Made by a program: the position numbers and the translations under genes. Shown here one piece after another: positions 28,501 to 40,500 of a stretch of DNA of 64,000 nucleotides; position 1 is the stretch's first letter, and every line of letters begins with the position of its first letter. The DNA is from Hydrolagus affinis (Eukaryota), in the NCBI GenBank assembly GCA_012026655.1, contig JAAILG010000172.1:1-64000 (forward strand), in the 5' to 3' direction. The notes under the pieces are model-generated. The model had not been told where the DNA came from and did not search any database. It worked only from the letters and a program-made list of their open reading frames with translations.

Positions 28501-31500
28501 TCTACACTTTACATTTTTTATGGTTTTTTAAATAGAGGAGAAATTTAAGATTTTTAAAAAAAATCTAATAATTGAACTCTAGTCCCTGTCCCTTCAGCCT
28601 TTTCTTTTAATGCACCTGGTTACAAATTTATGGGTTTCTGCTAAGAATTGTTTTAACTTTCTACACAGTGTATTCTGCGTGTGCCACTCAGATTTAAAAG
28701 ACTGGCTCAGTTAACTGGTATGAGCCAAAAGTTAATAATAACAATAATACTCCTTGCATTTGATATATCACCTTATCACATCTTCGAGACATCTCAAACC
28801 CCTTCATAGAATATACAAGTATCCCGCCCCAACTGTGGCCTCGTCAACCGTGAAACTCATGCATCCATAGTTTACTAAATGCGACAACCCTTGCTAACCA
28901 CGCAATGGTTTTCGCTTAACCCTTGCTTATCCACGGGTTTTAACACTAACACTAGCGTTTGGCGCTAGGACCCAGTTGCATCAACCAGCTTCGCGCTAGC
29001 ATCTGGCGCTGGGACCCAGTTGCAATGTCGCAATCAACCAGCAAGATGTCGCTTCTCTTTTAGGATTAAGGTAAATCTCCATTGATTTCTCTCTCTCTGT
29101 CTGTGTCTGTGTCTCTCTGTGTCTGCAGATCCTGGCAGCCAATGCTCCCAAACTTACTCCCCCTATCAGCATGTCACCCACCACACCACCTACTGCACCC
29201 CCCCCCACCCCCCCACCCTCCATATCGCCCACTCCCCCCACCCTCTGTGTCACCCACCCCCCCACCCTCCGTGTCACCCCCCCCCACCCTCCGTGTCACC
29301 TACACCCCCCACCCTCCATGTCACCTACACCCCCCACCCTCCGTGTCACCTACACCCCCCACCCTCCGTGTCACCCCCCAACACCCTCCGTGTCACCCCC
29401 ACCCTCCGTGTCACCCCCACCCTCCATGTCACCCACCATGATTTCTCTCTATGTAGATCAGTCAGTCAGACATCCTCGCGGATTGCTGCAGATGCATCCA
29501 AACTTACTCCCCCTATCCCCATGTATAACTGCATGTGTTTTTTTTTGTGTTTAGTTTTACTAAACGCGAACTTACCCATGTTTCCCACAGGCCCTGCATT
29601 TTCCAACCGCGAAAAAGAAAACTTACTCCCCCTATCCCCATGTTTCCCATAGGGCCCTGTATTTTCCAACCACGATTTTACCAACCACGGAGGTTTTCAG
29701 GAACTTATGCCCTGCGGTTGCGGAGGGATACCTATACTGTAAAGTGAATTGACTGTATACGTTTGTGGATGTAAAACATTCATAGCCAATTTATTGAGTT
29801 ATCAGTAATGTAAAATGTCTCCAAACCTCCATCAGCCCTTGGTTTCACTGCCAGTAACTTCAGATAATTCCAGGCTCCCTGAACTGGCCATTTAGTTTCA
29901 GATTACTAACATTCAAACAGTAATAAAACAGAAGAATTTCAAAAAGCTAAAAGCTTGTTGGGAGAATAAGAAAAACCTTTTAACTCGTTCTTTTTCTTCA
30001 GTTGAATTCTCACCTTTTGTACTCTCCTGTTTTTATTACATTTTAATTTTTCTGTACTTCTGAGTGCAGAAAGGATGCAGGTCATAAAAAGCAATATCTC
30101 AGTGGCTGAAAGTTAGTGCAAAGTCTCCTTTATTTCTTACCATTTGAGGCTCAGCAACTCAAAGGATGGAATGAACAAGATGAGAATACAATCAAATCAA
30201 TATTTGATGTAATTTCCAATGTATGTACTAATATACCCACCCACTCGCCCCCAAAACAATATTTGGAATGATTTCTAATCTCCAAAAGTCCAAATATTTC
30301 TACTTGTATTTGCTTGGTGTATTCTGACTGTGCTGCAATGACTCGTCATAATTCTCCTTTCTCCAGGAAATGCTTAGAAAATATGCTCCAGGGAGCCTTC
30401 TATGCTATGTGTGACGATTTTTTTTGGTGCAATGTGAATAAATATTAAAATTCTCATTTTTTTCATTATTTGATGAACTCATCTTTCATTTTGTCTTGTG
30501 TGCCATTTAAATTTGTAACTCAGTGACATTCAAAACTGCTCCATTATCCAAATAGTGGTTTCATGTGAAAAGCTACTTTTGCTGTAGAAGATTTTCATCT
30601 TCATGAATGTACACTATGAAGAATAAATGTATTTTGCTTTACCTATTTACAGGTCAGAGATGTCACATGTTGCCTGACTGTACTTGTGTTGCAACTTTAG
30701 GTCAAGCCTGCTAATAAATACATAAATGGAAAAAAAAAATCATTTTTCCTTTTTAGACATATATAATCAATGCATGAGTGCCCCATGTTTGACTGAAAGG
30801 ATCTCACAGAAAGTAAAATTATTCTCTTTTTCATCAATTGTCAATCCACTGTTGGAATGCACTTACACATAGGTTAATAAAACAGAGTAAAAAGATTAAC
30901 ATTAACGTAATTGGAAATCATAATTTGCCAGTGAAATGCAATTTCAAATTCTATTCATATTAATCTTTTTACTTTCGCTTTGAGCAAAATATTTGCTCAA
31001 TATATTTTTGGGAAAGGAATGTTTGCAGTACTTTTTGTATTGTAACTGCTTCAGATAGGATTGCTCTATGCTTTGGCTTACAAGGTTAAGCACCTGTCTA
31101 CGCCTGCATGTATGTTTGCTTTGGATTATTGCAGACCTGCCAAGCCTGTCACCTCAGAGACCATTCAGCCCACAGTTTGATAATATGCTGTGATGGGTCC
31201 TTTCGCTGTGGTGTTGAAGATGCAGTATTTGTGATTAGCATCACACTGCTTTCTGGTGTCAGTAACAAATAATTAAGTCAGCACAACAGGTAGAAAGCCA
31301 ATCAAGTCTTCAAACAACTTATTCCTTACCCATTCAGAATAAATCAAAATTTGATTTTTCACCAATTTATAGCCTATAGCACTTCCAAAGAAATATGTCA
31401 TACTTTGAATGTGCAAGTTTTATAAATGCAAGTTTTCATACATATGGAACTCCTACCATGATGTTTAACCTATTTAGCAGTTAACGAACATCAGTGGAAA

Positions 31501-34500
31501 AGCAAATTCTACGTTTAACTACTGATATGTACCGTACTTGTATTTGCTGGTGGTGTGATCTATTCAGTTAACATTGTAATTGTGGTTTAATTGCAGGGAG
31601 AACCCATCACATTTTGTGAAGAGAGCTACATTGCCCATCGTTCCAACACAATAAAACATTTCCTTCAAAATGCTGTTCAACTTCAGCTCTTCAAACAGGT
31701 AAAGCCTCATGTATTTGTTGTCTTTCTCAAATCACTGAAACTATTATGAATGTATCTGTTTTTAATAGAATAATCTGTTTCTGTACCACACACCTGTGTG
31801 TAGCATTTTTTGAACTCATATAAATTGTGTATGATGATAATGAGTGATCTGCGTAGACTTATGACACAGAGGAATTTCTTGAGTTCTCTGAATAATAGTG
31901 ACCTGTAGTTCAAACACATTTCAGCTCTCCAGAAGATCTGTTGCTCTTAAGTCATTTGATAACATGATATCCACAAAAGTTATCCATATCTGATCTTATG
32001 AAGGAAAAGCTAAGTATTTTGGCCCACTCACTATATATAGGAATCTGTGCAACAAGAATCCAAAACGCATGTCGTTATCTGCCTGGTTCATCATTTGCAT
32101 CCCGTTGCTGCTGCCATTGTTATAATTTTCAGGAATTGCATTTGTTTCATTTCATTGGTTGCTGAATTGACATCCTTCATATTACCACTGACAGCGCTAT
32201 TTGGGTAGTCACTGATTGCACTTTATGGTCCAGTGAGTATCTGGCTTTTTTGACCTTTTCAGTGTGATGACGCTTTATAAAATAAAAAAACAGGTTCACA
32301 CTGGTTATTTCAGACTTAAGCTAAATACAGTATGTACAGCAAGTCTCATCTATTATTGTAATATAAGACTGATAACGTCTGTCACCTAAATATCCTAAAC
32401 AATCAATAATATTTATGGGAACTATTTTTATAACTCATCCATATTTACAGAATGAGAATTTAGTTTGTTTGTTAGTGTCATCCCTTATAACATCTTTGTA
32501 AATCTACTCTGTGCTCTCCAATAATAATAATTCTTGCATTTGATATAGTGCCTTCTCAGGTCGTTGAGATGTTTCAAAGTGCTTCACAGAATATACTGTA
32601 AAGTGAATTGACTGTATATTTTGTGAACAAAATGCTACAATATGTTAAAATATTCAGAGTGGTAGATCCATAATAGTATTTCCATTTGGAAATCATAAAT
32701 GAAGTATGGCCATGTACTTTAAAGGATTTAAATTCTTTGTATATAATTATTTTAACAAATGTACATTATAGAGAATGCTATCTGTGAATAAATGCTCAAG
32801 CATATAATTTTATCGATGAAATGCTAGGTACTTGCACCACTTTCTGTCCCTCCAAAACATCTTCCTTAATCACAATAAATAAAGTGAAAATATGTTGAGG
32901 CATTCCTGCAGATGTAAAATGGCACTCAGATTAGTATGTTTGTGCCAAATGAACTTTACAATGAAATCTTGCCATTAGCAGTTCTTAATAAATTGGTCTT
33001 TATTGACTAAATACCACTAATTGTATATCTTGGTGCACGGCAATTTGTGTGTCTGCAAAGAGCATAAAGATATACAATTCTTATTTGTGAAGAATTGTTG
33101 TCTTAATGTTTCAAAATACTCTGTGAATATTGCAGACCAATGAAAGGAAGATGCTTAAAGTGTTTAAAATTTTGCTTTACCTATTCCAATTTAAATATGT
33201 ATTTCTTGATTTTTTTGTTTTAGTTTATTGATGGTAGGTTGGAAAAGTTAAATACAGGGAGAGGATTTTCAGATATTTTTGAAGAGGAGATAACTGCTGG
33301 GGGCTACAGTGGAGGTGAGAATACAGCTTCATAAAATTCATTGGTTACCCCTCCTTATCTTATTGTTGGTCTGTGGAAGAAACTGTCAATTGTTGCAACT
33401 TGCATTCACAAAACTTAATCGCTCCAAGAGTTAAACAAATGTAGTGATGCACATTCAAGAGAAAATGTTGACCAAAAGCACACTTCAGAGAGTTTTTATA
33501 AGGAGGTTTTTAAACAGGGTGTAATGATAGTTTAGATGAAGTGTTTGAAATTGAAATTCTAGTGTAATTCATTTTCAGAAAATTATACTTTAAATTCTTG
33601 TGTGTAGGACATTACTGTGTGCAAATTGGCTACTCTTTCTCTTACAAACATGCAGTCACCACACTTCATACCAAAGTCCTATGAAGTGGTTTAAAACATC
33701 TCAAAATCCTAGGATTAATCTATTTTTCATTTTTCAAAAATGTAATTACAATGTTGCAATCCATTTCTTTGCGTTCTGCTTACAGGAAGTTCAAAATCAT
33801 ATCAGCAGTGGATGCAAACAGTCAAGGTTAGAACAATGTACTGGTATAAATGTGAATGTATAGATTCTGTTCTCCATATTTATTTGGTGGGAAGTAATCT
33901 GCTTCATATGTATTCTGCGAGCATTATTCTGTACTAAACTAGAGATTACATAACCAGAAATTGCTGCGATACATAAACTGGCTTATTCCATTCTAATCAT
34001 ATTGAAATTTAAAAACAAAGCGGGGCACTGAGATTTGGGGGATCACCAGTTACCCTTTCCAATTGAACTAGCAAATCTTATCAAAACCTTTCCAGTTTAC
34101 AAATTCTCATCAATGTGATTGCATTCACCAGTAGCAGCTGATTGCCAAATATCCACTCTTATGGTGGGACTGGGTGCTGGGGTAGCTGAGTGGCAACACA
34201 TTTGTGGACATGTTGACCGGATCATATGGTTACTGAGTGGGAGAATTAACATTGCTTTTGTTGCAGATCTACTTTAGTTTTTACTTGAACAATAAATGGG
34301 CTGGAATATTGTTTTGCAAGGAATAGCCGTTCATAAAGAGGATAGTAAGATTATAAGGGATATGGAGAAAGTGGAAATTTAGAATAAAATAATTTCTTAC
34401 AAAATGCTGGGAAGGGCTGAATGGCCTACTCCTATTACTGTGTTTTTATTAAAATCAAATACTGTTTGTTTGCAGAAAGGCGGAGCCCTTATTAATACAG

Positions 34501-37500
34501 TGATGACCAAAGCAAATCCAGCCATGAAAACAGTGTATAAATTTGTAAGTACATAAGTTAACTGTAACATAGTCAGGTTAAATGATGAATATGTTAGGGT
34601 TTACTTACTATTACTATAAACAGTATCCAGCTTTCGAGTCCTTGGTTTAAAAATGTGACCTTTTGTTTACTTTTATAACCAAGACCTCAATATAGAATCT
34701 CCCCATAAATATTTAGGATCTTAATACAATTCGGAAGAATATACTTTCTGTTTTCTAATGAAAAAATCTTAATTCCTTATTTTTGAGTTAGAAAATAGTA
34801 ACTCAGTAATAGTCACAATAACATGTTACGGTGATTTCACAAAGACTTTCACAAATACAGTAGTGTGTACACTACTGTATATACAGGATTTATGGTATAC
34901 TTAACACATTATTATTGAATCATATTGTTTGAAGTTTGGACTGCAGTTATACTATCATCATGAGTTCACAATGTTATTTACTTCTTTGCAGTGTTAAAGA
35001 AAACTTGCAACAATTTAATGACAGCATTGAAAAGATATTTCTCATTTAAAAAAATATTTTTAAAATATTCTGTTCTTTTTTTTCTTCAAGGCTAAGAACC
35101 ATGCAAAGCAGGGGATCAAAGAAGTGAAGAGCAGATTAAAACAGAAGGTACATGCTACATCTGATTTCATTGACATTATGTTCTTTGATTTGTTTGAACA
35201 ATCTAAAACAAGAAAGTTGCAAGCGATGTACCCTGTTAATGACTTGTGAAATTTGTTTAATCCTTTGTTCAGTAACATACATTTTTTATAGCTGACCCTC
35301 AGGCTATCGTGATCTGTTATTATTTCACTTTGAGATTGAACGATCCTTTTCTTTGTTTGCATATTTTGTCATTGAGATGTTGATATCTCTCAATACTATG
35401 TGCATTTTGATAAAGCTGATTTTTTTTGAATTTACAGTTGGGAGCAGCAAATGTCAAATGTAACTGAACTGTGGTGCTGAAATAATTTTGGATTTGCTAG
35501 CATCAGTAGTCTGTGGGGGGGAGAAAAAAGAAAATATTTTCTCGTGTATGTATTTTGTGGACCTGAAACCTTAGTGGGTTGATAGCATGGGAGAAAGGTG
35601 AATATTTTATTTTGATGGGGCACAGGATATAGGCTTTACACCACAGATGCAATTTCTCTGCTAAATTCTGGAATAAAATTAAAGAATATTTGATACTTTT
35701 TTGCATAGGAAACGAATGAGGAAGAAGATGACTCTCTTTGTAGTGATGGTCTATCTCCGAATTTGCAAAGGCGATCAAACTCCGACCATTTACAAAATCG
35801 ATTCCCAGCCACTAAACGCAAAAACAAGGTAAGAACAGCTTCATTATAGGCATACCTATCATTGGTTTTGCATTTAAATAACTGTGGAAACAATCATTTT
35901 GTTCTTATGTTTCTATTCAGTTTCAAACATCATTCTTCAGTTTCCACAGGGCTGATTAACATTATTAATGTTGCAAGGTAAACAAAGGATGCATTTTCAA
36001 TTGTGCCAAAATGTTTCATTTCACGTAACTTTGTGATCAAATTTTTACCTCTAAAAGTAACACGAAACTGGGTGTATAAAATTTGAATGTCTAGCACTGT
36101 GGCAATCATAACCAATGGAAAGTTAAATTCAAATTTAAATCAGCAAACCAAATTGTACCGTTAAAAAAGCTTTACTTAAACAATTCCTTAATCATTTTAC
36201 AGCCTATGATCGAACAGTTAGTGAAAGTTTCTATCTCACTGTAGACAATTAAGAAAAAATTTATCTCCATTATTCCCAAATAGTAGTCTTTACCATTCCT
36301 GTGGACCTGGTCATTTTATGAATCATTATTTTTATAATAGAGGATTAATCTATCTTATATAGTAGCACATCTTTAGGGTTACAAAGAAATTGAATAGTGT
36401 TTGGTAAACACTGTTACCATTCCTTAGTCTGCTTTATTTTATGTAAAGGATGTATTTCAGACTTACAGTAAGACATATTTCATGATAACATTACGATTTA
36501 AGAAAATATTCACAACAGTTCATTTTTGGACTTGAAATGATTTTGGTAGACCTTGGATGAGAATTTAAATTTGCTTGTTTCTGTATCTCAAATATTCTCC
36601 TTCTCCTGCCTTGTAGATGGAAATAAATTCCGCAATTGCCATAGACTGTTGAAAAATCAATTTTTGCCTGGTACAAAAATGTATTCTGTTGGATGGTAAT
36701 GGATTTCTTCCCCCTCACCCCACCCCCTTCCCCTCAAGAAATGACATTTTGCGCATAATCAATCTATTTGACTTGTGCATTGTAATTTTTGCCTTTTGAG
36801 AGCTACAGAATTTCAAATAAGCGGTTATATTGCAGCTGGGAAAAGCAACAATGGGTTTAGATAATTATTGAAAGATCTGATTGTTGAGGTTTCACTATTG
36901 CTCCAGAATGAATGCAGTTACTTTCTAAAATAGTGGAAATCAAAATGAATTCTGTCTACTGCATCTTTAACCTATTCAGTCTTCCGTAACATTTTAATTA
37001 TCTGCAAAAGAAAACAGAGTTCGCTTTGTTCATATGATCAGCATTCTTAATAGACTCTGTGTCATTTGTGGTGACAGTTGTCATGAGCTTTGTGACTCTT
37101 CAAACATGGACCAGGCACATGGTCTGCAACAACAATCTTGATATTTATTAAAGGGATATTCTATAATGAGCTTCAGTGCTGTTTGGCGATCGACTTATGT
37201 TTCATAGGAAAAAATATCCCCACTTTTTTCTTTCCGGAAAAAAAATTAAATAACACACTCTCATAGTTTTGAGGCACCAATTTTGCATCATGTTCCGAAT
37301 TTACAGAGGTTAAGACAATTGACGCACATCATCTTCCACCTAATCCCAATGCTCTCAGCCACTCAGCCACAAATCTCACTTTACCTTACTGTGTTCAGGG
37401 GAGTGTGTCTCTCCCCAAGGGTATTATATTTACCTGTTCCTCCTCTGGAAAAAAACAACTAATAGAGCAAATCTCTGACTCCCTTAAGAATTCAGTGTAA

Positions 37501-40500
37501 ACTGTGGCCAAGCATTCCACATCTCATACCTGATAACGTACATCAACTTGAACTCAACAGTCTGTAAAACTGATGCTGTGACCTGATGCCAAGGATTTTA
37601 ACTTGTGCATAGTTGCTTTCTTAGTGTTTGCGCACTGTAACCAAAGTTGACATTTTTTCAATGTTTAAACCATTATTTAGCCTGTGCACTTATGGAGATC
37701 CACTACAGATGCATGTTCAATAGAATGAAGCTGTGCAGATAGACCACTATGTATATTGACTGGGAGGAGGGGAAGGGTTGGCATTATTTATCAAAGGAAG
37801 AAGTTGAAGCTCCTGGGGAGAAGAAAACAAGAATTGTGTGTGGAAGGAGAAAAATGCCTGCATTGTGTGGAGGAGAGGAGTGGCTTTCTGAAATGCTTCT
37901 TTTATAATTTTATTCTTGCTTGCAACATGTTGGTTAATTTGGTGAAATGTGAGATAATAGAATCCAAATTGGATATAAAAGAGCCTAAAAATACATCTGT
38001 TTCGTAACTATACAATTTTAAGTTGCTATTCGGACTTTCTCGATAAACATTTTTCTTCATCTTCAAGCGCCCTGTTGTGATAACATCTTTTGCATAACTA
38101 AATTGTGCCATCTAGTGGTCAAATGTGACAGCTTGTTCATGAATATGAAAGCAAGCAAAATCTGCTTTTCCAGGTCGAAAAAAGTTTTAGAGATTTATAC
38201 AGCAGAGAATAAAAGGGGTCGTAGGACTATTGATAGCATTTGCTTGTTTGCATCTTACATTATTAAATATATCTTAACTTGTGCGTAGTCAATTTTAGCC
38301 CATTACTGCCTTCACAAGTGAAGGAGAGTACATTTGCTACTTTTAGAAGTGAGGAATCAAATAGCTCCTCATTTGACCAGAATGTTGTATCTTTCAACAC
38401 ATTCCCCAGGATGAATCTTCTCACCACAACACTGACTCCCTGTAAATGAAATGTTTTTCTTAAACAATTTTTTTTAAAAAAACTCTTCAACAAATATCTC
38501 TCAATATGCACCAGCGGTTCATTCTTCAGGCTTTTACATAAGCAGTACCAATAATGTTTTAAACCTGAAAACCTGTGTTAGATCATTCATTCACTCATTC
38601 ACCGGTTAATTTCATACTATTTTATACGATGATGCACAATAATAAAATAATAATTTATTTAATAGTTTGGGATACAACGTGTCAAGCGACTGCCAGGAAA
38701 GTGGAAGGTGAACTAGATGGCTTACATTCATCTAGCAAATTGCAATGTTCCTATAATGCCTATAGCTTTATCCAAAGTATTATCCAAACCAATCTTGTGA
38801 TTGTTTGTAATTGTTGTATGTACTGTACTGTGATAGACGTACCACTATATGGCCTACCCTCTGTTATAGCATGAAAAATCAAATGTGGAATGGTAATCAG
38901 CCAAAGGGAGAAAAAATTAGAAAGTTGTAAAGGACTCCAAGGAGACAACTAAGATATTATGAAGAGAATTGACAGGTTGTAAAACTAAGGTGATCGTTGG
39001 CAGAAGAAATTCAATGAGGGCAAATGCCGGCACAGACTAGATGGGTCGAATGGCCTCCTTTTGTGCCATAATAATTCTATGATTCTATGAAATGTAAATG
39101 ACTGAAAATTGAAACCTCTGGTTGTTACGTATGCTTCCAATATTCAGCTAATTTACAGAACAAAGGGGTCTACGACCACAATAAATTTACAGTTGGATTA
39201 TTTGAGGCATCAGCATTTAACAACAAAATTACATTCGTATATCAGCTTTCACGTCAGGAGGATGTCCCAGGCGCTAGACAGTTCAGTATTTCAGACCCGA
39301 GCTGGGGTCGGGATCTGGGAGGGTGGAGAGAAAGAAGGGGATTTGGGGTGACTGATGAGACCGTCGAAGAGGAGGGTCTTGAAGCAGGACTTGAAGCAGG
39401 CTAGGGAGGATTGCGGGTTGGAATTCCAGAGGTTGGGGCCAAGGTGGCTGAAGGCTCGCCCGCCAAAGGTGGGGCGGGTGGGTCGGGGAACATGGAGCAG
39501 GCCGGAGCTCACTGAGCGGAGGGTACGGGCAGGTTGGTAGCGGGTTAGGAGGTCGCTGAGATAGGGTGGGGAAAGGCCATGGAGGGCTTTAAAGGTGAGG
39601 ACTAGGATCTTGAATTGAATCCTCTGGGTGATGGGGAGCCAATGGCATCAGGTGAGAATGGGGTTCACAGAGCTTCATGCAGGAGAGGACACAGGCTGCA
39701 GAGTTCTGGATGATCTACAGCCTATGGAGGAGTTGGGAAGGCCGACAAGCAAGGAATTGGCTTAATAGAGCCTGGATGTGATGAAGGGCATGAGTGAAAG
39801 TTTCAGCGGCCTGAGGGATAAGGTAGTGGCAGAGTCCAGCAATGTTGCGGAGGTGAGGGAAGGCAGAGCGGGTCATGGCTTGGATGTGGGAGAGGAAAGA
39901 CAGTTGAGGATCGAACAAGACACCTAGTTCCATATAGATTGTATCAGCAGTCCTTCCTTTGCGTAACTTTGGGTTGAATGGGTTTCGGAAGGTTCAACAC
40001 AGTTTCTAAGAGTCCCATAGCAATAAAGCTCCCTGAAAATTGGCATAGACATTTAGAGAATTGTAGATGTATAATTTCTCATTCTCTTCCCTGGGCTCTT
40101 TACATCAAAGAAAAATGTTTATTAAAAATATTTCAAAATGCGCTGTAAATTTTGAATAAATTCACACCATTGCCTTTACTTTTCTCATTGTGGCAGCAGC
40201 AGTTCAATATTGGTGCATGCCACCTGCAGTGTTGTGCATCTGATAACAAACTAATTGCCATAATTTAAACAGAAGTGTTGTGTTAAATAGAGTATTAGCA
40301 CTTTAATCTGCTGAATAACTCTTAAAACGTAATGATATTGTGCAACTTTGTCTTGTAACAATCAGTTGCATTCTGCAGGTTGCCATTTTCTGATAATGTG
40401 TATGTTAAGCATTTTCACCTAGTTTAATTTAATCTCTGGTAAAAGGTTAAAAAGAACAGGAGAGATTAGCGAAAAGAAAGGAATGGATCTTTAAAAAATC

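Larger units (their letters stand above)
28733..29792 (-). mobile_element. SINE 3' half interrupted by MITE family B
   Basis: Tail runs 28733-28815 (...cttcatagaatata) and resumes at 29735 (tactgtaaagtgaattgactgtata). Confidence 0.85.

Noticed and set aside
29170-29438. CRISPR-like array
   Set aside because: Tandem units without unique spacers, in a vertebrate intron with no cas genes.
28996-29747. Pro/His-rich ORFs up to 177 aa
   Set aside because: Translations of a C-rich minisatellite inside a MITE; open in several frames.
30980-31000. ttgagcaaa-ata-tttgctcaa hairpin
   Set aside because: Nine-bp AT-rich arms are expected by chance in this composition.
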